Of a stretch of DNA of 64,000 nt, positions 13,100 through 26,743 are shown piece after piece. Made by a program: the position numbers and the translations under genes. How positions within the stretch are numbered: position 1 is the stretch's first letter; each line of letters starts with the position of its first letter. The notes under the pieces were generated by a model. That model searched no databases and was not told the DNA's origin. It saw nothing but the letters and a program-made list of their open reading frames with translations. The DNA lies in assembly GCA_053919585.1 (NCBI GenBank), contig CM132805.1, one strand, 5' to 3'. Source of the stretch: Euprymna scolopes. Lineage: Eukaryota.

Positions 13100-13722
13100 T
13101 TTTTTTGTTGTTTACAAAGGCATCACCACTTATTAAGGCCCAGATATTACTCGACTATAAGGGTTAAAGAGTGTACAGTAGTCAAAGGGCAATATCATAG
13201 TAATCGTTAGAAGTGTAAATTTAGTAAATTGGATTACTTAAGAGGAACGGCTCATCAAGAACTTGTTTCCATGGGACTTGAAGACGACAATATTGTAGTC
13301 AGCTGGAAAGCAGGCAAATCGAAGAGAGTTCCACAGGTGTGCAGTTCTAAGAAAGAAACGTTGTTCATGGAATCTACGTATAGGTTTAGGCACAGATAAA
13401 GAGTGGGGTAAACTATTGATAGAGGGGGGGTTATCGATTAGAGATCAGACGAGCACTTGTCATGAAAATAACGATAAAGCAGCGACAGGCTTGAGATGTT
13501 TCTTCTGTAAGAAATAAATTGAAGGGAAGAGAAAAGGGCATCCCCACTAGGCCACGAAGTCTATTTTTAACTTTGTCAAGGCAGGATAAAGTCTTTCTAG
13601 CAGCTTCTGCCTTGATGTGGCAACAATACTTCATCCTTGGACGTATCTGGCTCTTATATAGATAGAGAATTGCATCAGCAGGTAGATATCTACTAGATTG
13701 ATAGAAGGATCCCACCATTTTT
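13100..13722 (-). mobile_element. CR1/L2-group LINE 3' fragment (RT C-terminus and 3' UTR)
   Basis: ORF YLYKSQIRPRMKYCCHI...LSCLDKVKNRLRGLVG; homologous to 36385-37036 including the 3' UTR and A tail. Confidence 0.85.
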
Positions 13723-16634
13723 CCATCAATTTATTATGACTTTAACATAAGTATGTAATGTTTGTCACTATACTTTCAACAAATTTAGGCTGTTTTTTGT
13801 ATATAATTAAGTAATTATCTTCGTTGAAATGCAACTTATATAATAATAGATATTTTAACGGTTAAATAGTTTCATTCACAGACAAGTGAGTGTTTCGTCT
13901 TTTTAAGACGAATGGGTGTGACCATGTATAGAACTGACCCCACAAGCATTCATGTCACATAATTCAACGTTTCTATCCATGTCTGTGTGTGCGACTCCGA
14001 AACTACTGGGCGGATGCTTATGAAATTTCACACAAAAGTACATCATGTATCTGGCAATGTTCGTAGATCGGTTCTGTATCGTAATGTCTTTGATAAGTAT
14101 TGATAATCGATAATAGACAAATCCGATGAAAGAAAAAAGGCGATTGTGATCAAAGTTAACATCTTATATAGCCTAACATCACAAGTGTATTTGAGAAGTG
14201 TATGTTTCTGATTAAAGCGCAACTGAACCATGATACCTGATATTTTCATTTTAAACTTAAATTCAAGCCATTATCACCGCACAGTCAGTAAGGCATATAA
14301 TTTCGACAGTAGGTATCTTTGATATGACAGGGACGCGTTCGAAATGGATGTTTCTGTTTAGAACACAACGTTACTTTTGCATTTTCCACTTTAATTTAAG
14401 CCATTATATATGAAAAATTATTTGTATAAAATCAACAGCATGATCGCTACAGCGCAATGTAGGCTACAATGTATTATGGACTAAGTCACTGCGGGGAGGC
14501 ATGTCAGGCTTACTTCCGGTGCGCCGCGATAGATCCCCAACTACAGCAGGCAATCAATCAATTTGATTGAAAAATAGACGATTTCACCGACTTCGATGAC
14601 AATAAAATATAGAAGTGTGAAACATTCATTGATCATCATTTAATTCCAGGCANNNNNNNNNNNNNNNNNNNNNNNNNNNNNNNNNNNNNNNNNNNNNNNN
14701 NNNNNNNNNNNNNNNNNNNNNNNNNNNNNNNNNNNNNNNNNNNNNNNNNNNNNNNNNNNNNNNNNNNNNNNNNNNNNNNNNNNNNNGTTCGTGTAATTCA
14801 GTAAATTTTCATATACTAATAGGTTTTAAGCCAAAAATGGTTGAATTAAGGATTAAGCTACAAAATTATCACATTTCATAATTATGCATTAATATACTGT
14901 GTATGCAAAGTCAATACTTCAAAACGAGGTGTTGATGGCAACAAAAAGTGTATTTCATTTTACGTTACAATTGTTTCAATGTCCAGTTCGACAATTTCAA
15001 GCATTATATCGTTTGAAAATTTTCAAAAACCAGCATTTCTTCAGACTTTATTAATAAACACACTTTTCGCAATGGAGCATTTTTTGAAAAGAAAGAAAAA
15101 GGGGAGAAAATCCCTAACGGGAAAAGCATGCGAGAAACTTGGTTGTGGTTACGGAAAAGCCCATTTAAATATTAATGTATCGCCTAATTTTCGTGTGTTA
15201 TGGGAAGTTTCTACAGAGAGCCCTAAGCCATTTAATTTTTATATATATATATATATCCCATTTGTTCGGTTCCTTAATTAGCTCCTGCAATTCCTTTATT
15301 TCCCAATAATTGATTTTTTATAAAAAGAATTTTTTAAATTTTTGTTTCTATATTTATATTATGGCCGTAACCACCTTGTAAAGACGTTACGGTTANNNNN
15401 NNNNNNNNNNNNNNNNNNNNNNNNNNNNNNNNNNNNNNNNNNNNNNNNNNNNNNNNNNNNNNNNNNNNNNNNNNNNNNNNNNNNNNNNNNNNNNNNNNNN
15501 NNNNNNNNNNNNNNNNNNNNNNNNNNNNNNNNNNNNNNNNNNNNNNNNNNNNNNNNNNNNNNNNNNNNNNNNNNNNNTAAACGAATAAAACCATATTTCT
15601 ACGTTACCAATTTATTTGAAATTTTCAGACAACCCATTTTTAGAGTCGAGGTATGATTTATGTTCTTAAATTAAATTTACCTCGCGAATTATTAAAATTA
15701 AAATATTAAATAAAATAAATATATTTTTTAACCGTTACTGCGAATCTGTTCTGTTGATAAAACTGAACTTCCGGTTCGATTAATTTCACAGCCACGAATT
15801 GACGAAAGATTTCATTTTCTGTTTAGCAAGTAAAAAAAACAAAAAAAACATAATTCATTTGTTTATCTTCCATATCTTTTAATTTACACATTTTTTCTTT
15901 ATTATATGAGGCCAAAAAATAGTTTGTCGCTTGCTTTTTGAGTTTTTTGGAATAAAAAAAAACACGATTTAAAAAATAGCGCGGATCACCCTCTGCATTA
16001 GCACCGAAAAATGTTACTAAACATTTATTAATAATTTCTCACTTTTACAAACATTTGATTTTAAATCTCTTTTTAAATGACGACTTTTATCGACTTTTTT
16101 TTAAATATCCCCCCAAATGGTGTTTATTACCCCCCCCCCCTCCAAAAGTGATGTTTATTCCGGAAGCTGTCCTTGAGATTTTGAGGTTGGGGGGGGGGGT
16201 GATTCCAAGGTTGACCTAAGCTAAAAAAAAAAAAAAAAGTTTTTTTATGCGCACATAAGCAACAATTTTTTTTTATTAACTTTTTTTTTTTACTTTTTTA
16301 TTTAAAAATTAGTAAATTTCAATTGTAGTGTCTACCCCGGAACTAATTTTGACAGTGACATTGAACATTCACCGTTTCCGGAGAGCTCCAAGAAAAAGAC
16401 AAAAAAAAATTCGAGGAGTCTATTCACGCCACTCCTTACCCGAACGAATTTTCTAAAGAAAATTAATTTATCGTTTCATCCCAACTTATCGCCAAAAACA
16501 TTTGACCAGTCGGGAAGGATTTCTTCTTCTTTATTTTCGGACTAAAAATAACACGAGTGTGATACACCAGGGCAAATAAATTCACACCTATTATAACAAG
16601 CTAAGTCTGATTATTTGTTTTTAATTAAATTTTC

Positions 16635-17235
16635 GGGTTTGTATTACTGTACACATAGATTCGAAAAAGTTGTCAAAAAACAAATATATAACAAATAAAT
16701 GTTATAAAAGGCAAGATAAGTTACTTTTCTACCTAACTGGATATATTTTTTGTGTTGTTATTCAATGTAACATATTTATTCAGCTCGAAAAACATACAGT
16801 GTTTACCGATGTATTCGAAAATTCAAGATGGCGTCTCACACCCTCTTTAACACCGTAAGTATGGAAAAAGGTGTTATAAATAAAAAAAACTATACAAAAT
16901 ACTATTAAAACCCCGCCGAATATATGTCAACCTATGTCACGGTAACATATATTGAGCAAGTTTTTAACAGTATTTTATCCGGTTTTTTATTTATAACATC
17001 TTTCCCCACACTTACCGTGTTAAAGAGAGAATAAGACGCCATCTTGAATTTTCGAATACATCGGTAAACACTGTATGTTTTTCGAGCTGAATAAATATGT
17101 TACATTGAATAAAAACACAAAAAATATATCCAGTTAGGTAGAAAAGTAACTTATCTTGCCTTTGATAACATTTATTTGTTATATATTTGTTTTTTGACAA
17201 CTTTTTCGAATCTATGTGTACAGTAATACAAACCC
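16635..17235. mobile_element. Foldback/MITE element with ~270-bp inverted arms (copy 1)
   Basis: GGGTTTGTATTACTGTACACATAGATTCG ... CGAATCTATGTGTACAGTAATACAAACCC; the same peptide appears in ORFs on both strands. Confidence 0.9.
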
Positions 17236-17617
17236 CTCGCTTCACAATGAATACAATAATAAATCATTTATCATTAATATATGTTTTTGGTTTTGTGTTG
17301 AATGAAACTTTTTTTTTTCATTACAACAAAAATGAACCAATTTAAATCTTCCGGCATGCGTTTAAGGGTTACGAAATTATTAATAAATCGTTTAGTTACT
17401 AAGCCAACGTCAGTAAATAAAAAAAAATGTTACGTGCGCATGCATTAGCCTTGACTAGGGGGGGGGCTAAGGGAGCGACTATTAAATAATTATTTTGGTC
17501 GCCATGGTACTCAACGCCCAAGGAGTACCTAAAGTGGCACTTATGCACTTATGTTATCGTGCTATTTTTTAAAATAGTATTTTCATGTTAAATTCAAATT
17601 TTACAATATGTTTTTCT

Positions 17618-18207
17618 GGGTTTGTATTACTGTACACATAGATTCGAAAAAGTTGTCAAAAAACAAATATATAACAAATAAATGTTATCAAAAGCAAGAT
17701 AAGTTACTTTTCTACCTAACTGGATATATTTTTTGTGTTTTTATTCAATGTAACATATTTATTCAGCTCGAAAAACATACAGTGGTTACCGATGTATTCA
17801 AAAATTCAAGATGGCGTCTCACACCCTCTTAAACACCGTAAGTTTGGGAAAAGGTGTTATAAATAAAAAAACTATACAAAATACTATTAAAACCCCGCCG
17901 AATATATGTCAACATATGTCACGGTAACATATATTGAGCGAGTTGTTAACAGTATTTTATCCGGTTTTTTATTTATAACACCTTTTCCCAAACTTACCGT
18001 GTTAAAGAGAGAATCAGACGCCATCTTGAATGTTCCAATACACTGTATGTTTTTCGAGCTGAATAAATATGTTACATTGAATAAAAACACAAAACATATA
18101 TCCAGTTTGGCAGAAAAGTAATTTATCTTGCCCTTGATAACATTTATTTGTTATATATTTGTTTTTTGACAACTTTTTCGAATCTATGTGTACAGTAATA
18201 CAAAACC
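17618..18207. mobile_element. Foldback/MITE element (copy 2) with 8-bp TSD GTTTTTCT
   Basis: Near-identical to copy 1; GTTTTTCT at 17610-17617 and 18208-18215. Confidence 0.9.
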
Positions 18208-18399
18208 GTTTTTCTTTTATTAATTTGTTAAATGAAAGTACAGATAACCCGGTCGGTTTCTAATGTGATGAAAATCCTGCCCCCTCCCCCCCCCAAAAAA
18301 AAGGGGTACTCTGGATAATAACAAAACGTTAAAATTGCCTCAGTCTCGAAAGATTTCTTCTCTACTGAACGAGGAAACAAACGGTGAAGTGTAGTTCAC

Positions 18400-18705
18400 C
18401 TTCTGTTTCTCTCCCCTCTCTCTTCCTCTCTTAATATCTCTCTCTATCCATCTCTCCCTTTCCCTCTCTCAATATATATTTCTCTCTATATCACACTCTC
18501 CATCTCTCTTTGAGCCCCTTTCTCTAACTCCCTCTATCTCTCTCCTTTCCTCTGTCTCATCCCTCTCTGTTTCTAACTCTCCCCCTCTCTCTGTTTATCT
18601 ATCAATCCCTTTATCTCTCTATCTCCTTCTCTTTCTCTATTTTCCTCTCACTTTCTCTTTTCTATCTATATATCTTCCTCTCTATCTGTCCATCTCTAAT
18701 CCCTC
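18400..18705. repeat. CT-rich low-complexity tract, probably internal to the Helitron
   Basis: Seen directly, immediately upstream of the helicase remnant. Confidence 0.8.
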
Positions 18706-18799
18706 ATCCTATTTTAGTCTCCTAAATTAATTACAGTGAATAAGGCATTGTCAAAACATGGATAAATCCTATTTTAGTCACCTAATTTACTGACTGTGA

Positions 18800-20193
18800 G
18801 AATAGAAGTTATTTGGAAATTACTGCTACCTTGAACAGCACCAGAAGTAACTGGTAAAACCTTTCTAATTAAATTGATTTTGGCAGCCATTTGGTAACAA
18901 AATGGCATAAGCTTAGCCCTTGCTGCATGAGGAATACCTGCGACCTTGCTTGCCAAGTAGAAGAATTATTTATTCTACTTTAAAACATTCAATTTTTCAA
19001 AAATCTCATCTCGACATCTCAAAAACATCCAATATGGGGAAAATATTGCAGAAATGCAAACTTATTGTTTAGGATGAATGCACAATGGTACGCAAAAAAT
19101 CACTTGAGGCTCTTGGTCGATCCTTGCAAGATTTGCGTGGCAATGTCAGACCATTTGGGAATGCAGTAATATTGCTTGCAGGAGATTTCAGACAAATGTT
19201 ACCTGTTATTCTTCAATCAACACCAGCAGATGAAATAAATGCTTGCCTCAAATACTCTACATTTTTGTTCCATGTGAAGCTATTAAACTTAACTCAAAAT
19301 ATGCATGTCCAGTTGCCGACTGTTCGATCCGCACAAAAACCTTTGCATCACTTGTGGAAAATTGGGTACGAAAAAGTGCCAGCTGATCAGAGTTAAGGGC
19401 AAAATTCTTTGACTTTTAACTTCTGTAATTTCTGTAATTTTATTTCATCAAAAGAATAGTTAGTTTAAAATGTTTTTGCAGATATTCAAATTATAAGAAT
19501 TCCATTTGACTGAGTGAATGAGCTATTCTTGCAGGTCAATACAAAGATGCCCATGAACTTAACGCTATTATTCAATGTAAAATTCCAAGTGAGGTAGTCA
19601 AATACAAATCCATCGACACTGTTGTGAAAGCAGATAAAGTGGTTAATTATCAAACAGCTATATTTGCCAGGGATGCCACCGCATGTATTGCAACTGAAAT
19701 TTGGTGTACTAATTATCATGTTGTGAAATATAAACCAATCCAAGCTTTGCAATGGCACATAGCTTGCAGTAAAAAAAAAATAACAAACAATATCATAGAA
19801 ACAACAATCTTAACAGGACCTTTCACAGATGAATATATCTTCATTCCATGCATTCCTATGATTCCACCGAATACATCATTACACTTTAGGAAATTGAACT
19901 TTCCAATTTTATTGTCATTTGCAATAACCATCAACAAAGCACAGGGAACAATCTTTACAATTGTGGGCCTTACAGTTACACACTGACTGTTTTTTCACAT
20001 GGACAATATATATTACGTATTCAAGAGTCACCACACCGGAAAATCTCTATATCAGCTGAGAAAATGGAAGAACAAAAACGGTGTACCCATGCAAAATGGA
20101 AAATTAAACCTATAAGAAACTTCCTTTTTCTCATTTTGGAACTTTTTCCATTGCGCAATTTGAGCCACAGCAACACGTGGCAGGGTACAGCTA

Positions 20194-20194
<1 letters not shown>
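18800..20194 (+). pseudogene. Helitron RepHel PIF1-family helicase pseudogene with intact Helitron 3' terminus
   Basis: Degenerate motifs TGKTFLI (Walker A), DECTM, AGDFRQMLPVI, FAITINKAQG, HGQ..SRV across frameshifts and stops; 3' end GCCACAGCAACACGTGGC hairpin + AGGGTACAG + CTAG|T. Confidence 0.93.
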
Positions 20195-20251
<57 letters not shown>

Positions 20252-20254
<3 letters not shown>

Positions 20255-20632
20255 GGATAGGACGGTTTCAGTATTTTTTCCGATTCCGTTTCTTTCTAAA
20301 TCTCTACATATTTAACTGTAATGTTGTTAATTTTCACGATTACCCTAAAAAACACATGGTAAATGTGCATATATTTTCTTAAACGTATGGTTACACTTGT
20401 CATGGATGATGTATCGATTTTAGTTTGACTAATATGTTAAAATCAACAGATATTAACTATTTTAGTATTATTATCAGCGATAGAATACCCTTTTTAAAGA
20501 AAATCAAATAAAAAGAACATTTAAAAGAATCGTTGTTAGCATTGGAAAACAGGCACAAATTTTTCCGATTTCGATACCCCAAACATTTCCGATTTTTTCG
20601 ATTCCCGATTCCGATTAATCGACCCAACACTA
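20252..20632. mobile_element. hAT-like MITE (TAG-G/T-G termini, CCGATT subterminal repeats)
   Basis: TAGGGATAGGACGGTT ... AATCGACCCAACACTA imperfect TIRs within TA tracts; a related left end occurs at 21734. Confidence 0.6.
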
Positions 20633-20686
20633 ATATATATATATATATTAGTGTATATATATATTAGTGTATATACATATATATAT

Positions 20687-20788
20687 ACAGTATGCATGTG
20701 TGTGTGTTTTGATGTGCAAAATGTATAAATACGCTTAAAAATAATGGGCGAAAAACACTCTAGGCCCTTTCGACTATAATCCTTTCAG

Positions 20789-20851
<63 letters not shown>

Positions 20852-21476
20852 TCTACAGCTATTTCAAATATTATCTCAACAGGCAAAACCGATGTATTTA
20901 ATAACAAACAATATCAACGAAAATAGAAGTGGCATGAATAGTTGAAATAAATAATTCTGGCATTTGCAGACCCACACCACCAGCACACTCCACCTAAAAC
21001 TGGAAAGGGCAAGATTCAAGAGTCTCTTTTCCTTTGCAACATCAGACTCTGCTATTGGCCAGTATTTGGTTGAACATCTATGTTGTCCCTCTAACTCTAA
21101 AATATTCCAGAAACAATTTTAGAATCTGTCTCTTGCTATATGCAAATTTTCCTTGTGTCGACCAAAGTGGTGTGTATATAGGCATTGGATTTGGGGGAGA
21201 ACTTTGAAACCATCTCTTTTTATATTTTTAGTTTTCATTTCCCACGTTTTACTATTTTAATCGTTTTTATTTAATTCAATTATTTCTTTTAATCGGTGTT
21301 GTCACTTCAATTTCCACCAGTGCTTTTTTCTTTCGTCAGTATTATTTTTATTCATACTATCTAATTCATCTGAAAGGATTATAGTCAGAAGGGCCTAGAG
21401 TGTTTTTCGCAGATTATTTTTAAGCGTATTAAACATTCTGCACATAAAAGCACACACACACACACATTCATACTGT
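20687..21476 (+). mobile_element. Penelope-like element remnant with inverted pseudo-LTRs
   Basis: ~105-bp inverted repeats at 20687-20790 and 21368-21476; internal peptide ATSDSAIGQYLVEHLCC (~21035-21085) resembles the GIY-YIG endonuclease C-terminus; CTGAAAG-GATTATAGTC-GAAA hammerhead-like core. Confidence 0.7.
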
Positions 21477-21733
21477 GCGTGTGTCTTGGAAGCAAATAGA
21501 GAGAATTTTACGGTTAAAAAACGATTCTTCAGAGATATAAACATTGCATATACACGGCCAAAAGTGGCAACACACTAAAAAGATACAGATATGAGTGTTT
21601 TATTTTGGCAATATGTATCAGCCTCCATAATAAAGGGTGGGAACACTGATTTGAACAAAAATATATCGCTTTGAATATAGTTCTCTCTTTGAATTTAATT
21701 ACCAGTGCTAGTTTGTATTAAAAGTATATTTAC

Positions 21734-21830
21734 TAATGATGGGACGATTCCAAAAATTTTCCCGATTTCGATCCAGTTACCGATTCTGTTCTAAATTTCC
21801 AGTTCCGATTCGATTCCCGATTCCGAGTCT
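21734..21830 (+). mobile_element. hAT-like MITE left end
   Basis: TAATGATGGGACGATTCC with repeated CCGATT motifs like those in 20252-20632. Confidence 0.45.
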
Positions 21831-22329
21831 ATTATATTTTATAGATATTTTATTAGAGATTTGATTGTTTATAAATTTTCAAATTATCACATGTTTTCCT
21901 TGTAATTGATTAAAAATTGAAAAACAAGAAAATATTTATTTTGATTCAAAGAAATGCCAGATTATTTCATCTCGTTTTTTTGGGGGGGGGGTCCAACATG
22001 CTATTTGAAATTTTTCACAAACAGTTGAAAATAGTCGACGATTGGTAAGCAAAATGAGAAAACGATGTAAGAACAAAATATTAACAATGTCCCTCTATTA
22101 TTACGAATGAATTTCTAAATAATAATGTTACTATTTAGAATACCATTTTTAACGGTGCTCGGAAAACTCGTACCCGGAAAACTCATATACGGAAAATTCG
22201 TTTTTGTTTTTTGTTTTGTTTTTTTTTTTGTTTTTTTTTTTTTTGCTAGGTAGGGGAACTGGTCCATTATTGAATAACTATCCATTAAAACACACTTTAT
22301 GTCGTTCTTGAAGGAGATATTCTTTTTAA

Positions 22330-24160
22330 AGGTGACTACGCACCCCCATAATATTTTTTAAATTATAAACCATATGTTTATTTTAAAATATTTTTTTAGT
22401 TTTAACACTTTTTGTGCAATTGCGGAACAAAAAAAAAAAGAACACGCTTATGTATTATCAAAGAAAGCAAATATTTTATTCAGAAGAATTAATTTAGTTT
22501 AAACAATTCTTGTATTATTACGAAATAAAAAAAAAACGAAAACACAGTACTTATGTATTTTCGGTACCGCGCTGAATTAATAACGTTATTATTTTGAAAG
22601 CCATTCTAAACATGGAGAGGGGAGGGTGTTTTGTAACTATTATGTGCTTCCACCTAACAATTTAATTAAAAAAGATATTGTGAAACTTGAATTTAACCTG
22701 AAAAACTATTTAAAAATAGAGCGGTACAAAAATGCAAGAAATGTTTTCGGTACTTATGTATTATTTGATAATATAAGACTTGTTTGTTTGTTTATTTAAA
22801 AATCATTTGAGGAGCACCTTTAGAGTATGCCGACGGCGACTATTGTTAGGGGGCGATAACTCCAATTTCTTCTTGGTCAAATAACGTGGCAAATAAGAAA
22901 CAAAACAAAAAATATTTCCAAACCAAAACATTTATTGTATAAAAATGTATCAATATATAATTGTAACAACATTTCTACGTAAAAAATATAATTGGATTTT
23001 TATAAAGTAAATTAGCTTTCTTCTTTTGAACAAATATTTATTGTATAAAAATGTATCAATATATAATTGTAACAACATTTATTGTATAAAAATATATCAA
23101 TATATAATTGTAACAACATTTCTTGTACAAAAATGTATCAATATATAATGTAACAACATTTATTGAATAAAAATGTATCAATATATAATGTAACAACATT
23201 TCTTGTACAAAAATGTATCAATATATAATGTAACAACATTTCTTGTACAAAAATGTATCAATATATAATGTAACAACATTTCTTGTACAAAAATGTATCA
23301 ATATATAATGTAACAACATTTCTTGTACAAAAATGTATCAATATATAATGTAACAACATTTCTTGTACAAAAATGTATCAATATATAATGTAACAACATT
23401 TCTTGTACAAAAATGTATCAATATATAATTGTAACAACATTTATTGTACAAAAATGTATCAATATATAATTGTAACAACATTTCTTGTACAAAAATGTAT
23501 CAATATATAATGTAACAACATTTATTGAATAAAAATGTATCAATATATAATGTAACAACATTTCTTGTAAAAAAATGTATCAATATATAATGTAACAACA
23601 TTTCTTGTACAAAAATGTATCAATATATAATGTAACAACATTTCTTGTACAAAAATGTATCAATATATAATGTAACAACATTTCTTGTACAAAAATGTAT
23701 CAATATATAATGTAACAACATTTCTTGTACAAAAATGTATCAATATATAATTGTAACAACCTTTCTTGTACAAAAATGTATCAATATATAATTGTAACAA
23801 CCTTTCTTGTACAAAAATGTATCAATATATAATTGTAACAACCTTTCTTGTACAAAAATGTATCAATATATAATTGTAACAACGTTTCTACGTAAAAAAT
23901 ATAATTGGATTTTTATAAAGTAAATTAGCTTTCTTCTTTTGAACAAATAAATAATATAAATGAAACATTTTTTTTCAATTAAAGAAACTTTGAAGGGTCA
24001 ACAAAATTAATAACTTAAATGTTTTTGACAGAAACGTGCAACATGGCGACAGTTTAGTGAAACGCCGTCCTCCGCATAATGCAGAAGTGCCTTTTGTTGT
24101 TTCGTGAACGCAAAAAGTGTTAAAACTAAATTAATTTTTTAAAATAAAAATTTATTTTAT
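22330..24160. mobile_element. Non-autonomous DNA transposon remnant (possibly Kolobok-like) enclosing a satellite
   Basis: TTAA|AGGTGACT start; inverted subterminal repeats at 22380-22435 and 24090-24150 (TAGTTTTAACACTTTTTG / CAAAAAGTGTTAAAACTA); right terminus not found. Confidence 0.45.
22928..23885. repeat. Tandem minisatellite, 39-40-bp unit TTGTACAAAAATGTATCAATATATAA(T)TGTAACAACATTTC
   Basis: About 20 or more near-identical head-to-tail units with no spacers; a ~60-bp direct repeat occurs at 22977-23037 and 23889-23949. Confidence 0.95.
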
Positions 24161-24597
24161 TATTTGATAATACAATAAGTGTTTACTTTTTGTTTGTTTG
24201 TTTTTAATGATACTAGGAGTATTAATTTTTCCGAATAATCGCTCAAAAATCGACAATTAAACATGATTTTCCTACGAATTGAACGCCGACGAAAGTCATT
24301 TAGCAGCAAAAATGCACATGAACCTACTGATGAGAAATATAAGAATGAAAAACCCATATTGGAATCCTTACAACCAAGTTATAGAAACTTAAAATCTAAA
24401 AAAAAATAATTAATAAAACCTGGAGCAAAAAAATAAAACCTATATAAATAAAATAAAATAAAATAAAACTTATATTGAAACAGATTAGTAAATTTTTCAA
24501 CAAATTCACCGTTCTCACACAACTATTTTGTACCTAGAAATGTAAACAAAAATAAAAAAGGAAGGAAGGAAGGAAGGAAGGAAAGGGGGCGGATAAC

Positions 24598-24640
<43 letters not shown>

Positions 24641-24926
24641 CTTGGCTTTACTACAATTGTTCTTATGTTTGTCAACGGGTTAAAGTTGTTTAGTTGTAAG
24701 AAAATAGCGACAGTATAGGTGTAATAAAACACCCCCACTCTTCCCATGTTAATAATAGTTTCGAAATAATAACGTTAATATTTCAGTGCGCAGATCAAAA
24801 TCTGCAAAAGAAACGATTTGTGTTTATTTGTTTACGTTGTTATGGGTTAATGTTTATGCGCGCATGCGCAACCGGATGTCGTAAACCTGAAAGTGGATTA
24901 CGTCACTGGTTACAAGGTCATTTGAG

Positions 24927-24998
<72 letters not shown>

Positions 24999-25542
24999 GT
25001 TGCTCATTTACTTCGTTTCCCTTACTCCTTCGATTGTCCTCCAAACTTACCTCAATCATTAACATTGCCTCTTTCCTCTTTCTAGTCATCTTACTCTTTG
25101 CCACGCTTTGTCACCCCCCCTCAATCTTGTACAATAGATTTGCCTGTTTCTCTTACGCAGAATGTAAAACATAAATTCAAATAACGAGACCGAATATTCC
25201 TCACTTCTCCTAATTAAGTACTCTAAGAGAAAGTTGCCATCTTAAACTCATTGGTGAAGAAACCCCAACCATTTAAGGAGCTTTGTTTATTGGGAGAGAC
25301 GTGTAATCAGTCAAGTGAGACGATTCGCTTGACTGGTCGAGTTCAAATTCGAGCAAAACAGCTCGGTGCACTTGTACTTAGAGACTCGTAAAATGTGTTA
25401 CCATTGTTTTAAATTAAATTATCGCCGTCAAAAGCCATATTAATACAATCCACATGGTGTGCTTTTCCTTCTCACAAAAGGTATCATGTCATTAGTCATA
25501 GAAGCCTGCTCGAGGGTTGTACGGTTCGAGCTTCATATAGAT

Positions 25543-25797
25543 CATGGGTTCTCAACCGGGGTCCACATGGGCCCTAGGGATCCATGCAATATTTCTGGGG
25601 GTCCACAGGCAAAACATAACAGAATGGAGGGTCCATAACGATAGTTTGGTGGTCCATGAAGAAAACCAACTCAGAATAGTTTTTATTATTAAAAATTTAA
25701 TATCTACTGTCTGATCTCCATCGGCTTGACCATGGAAGAAACATTGTCATATTGTAATACAAGATATTGGTACAGAATTATTATCACTCTAATTGAG

Positions 25798-25835
<38 letters not shown>

Positions 25836-26056
25836 CATAATTATTATAGTTGTTGTAGAATACTTGATTTGCATTAAATTAGTTTTCATTTAAAAATAAA
25901 GCTTAATTATATAATGTTTCTTGGATTATTAAAACCTCAAAATTTATATGAGAGAAAAATAGAAGGTTGTCTTATGACCAATAGTCATGAAAGGGGCCAC
26001 CAAGATAAAAAGAAGGGAAAAGGGGTCCATGGGTAAAAAAGGGTTCAGAACGACGG
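25543..26056. mobile_element. hAT MITE with 8-bp TSD ATATAGAT
   Basis: TIRs CATGGGTTCTCAACC / GGTTCAGAACGACGG; GGGGTCCA subterminal repeats; TSD at 25535-25542 and 26057-26064. Confidence 0.85.
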
Positions 26057-26743
26057 ATATAGATACATGGAAGATTGTAAGTTTCGTGACCGAAAGATAA
26101 ATAAAAGAATTAATTCTTATTTTAATCATGTAAATTACTTTGAGTTGAAAAGAATACGCGCTTGACCAGGGTTGTTTTGTGTGTGTGTGTGTGTGTGTTT
26201 TCTCTTCTGACAAAAATGTTTGCTCTTCATATGAACAGCAGTAATCTTTATTTTCTTGTTTGTTGTTGTTGTTGTTACTGTTGTTTTTTCTTTTCTCTAA
26301 AAAAAATATTACTCGCGAATTAGGCGGCGTCCAAAAAAACAAAATTTGTCTGTCGAACAAAAAATCCGTCTTTTATTTTGTCGCACCGGACTCCCAGTAG
26401 CGCATAAATTTGCAAAATCGTTTTTGTTGTTTGTTTTTGTTTTATTTTTTTATAATTGAGGCTACTCCGCAACGTTGCAGTTTATTCCCATGCCTTTCCA
26501 TATGGCTACTACAATATATTAAATGGCACGCTGTCTGCGTCAGTTGAACGTCAAAATGTAGCTCCTCTCTACAAACATTATTAAATTTGAATATGTGACG
26601 AATTTTGAAATCGTTTTTGGTGGGCGTGGGATAATGAAATATAATTTATAGTCCCAAATCCACGATGGTATCTATTATGTATACAAAAAAAAAATACTCG
26701 TTAAATAATTTGACACTGCTGGCGGAGAAAGAAATAAGAGTGA

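Noticed and set aside
16670-18121. Repeated peptide SKNKYITNKCY... on both strands as a gene family
   Set aside because: It results from the palindromic foldback arms; there is no coding signature.
22928-23885. 39-40-bp repeat array as a CRISPR array
   Set aside because: Units are head-to-tail with no unique spacers, there are no cas genes, and the context is eukaryotic.
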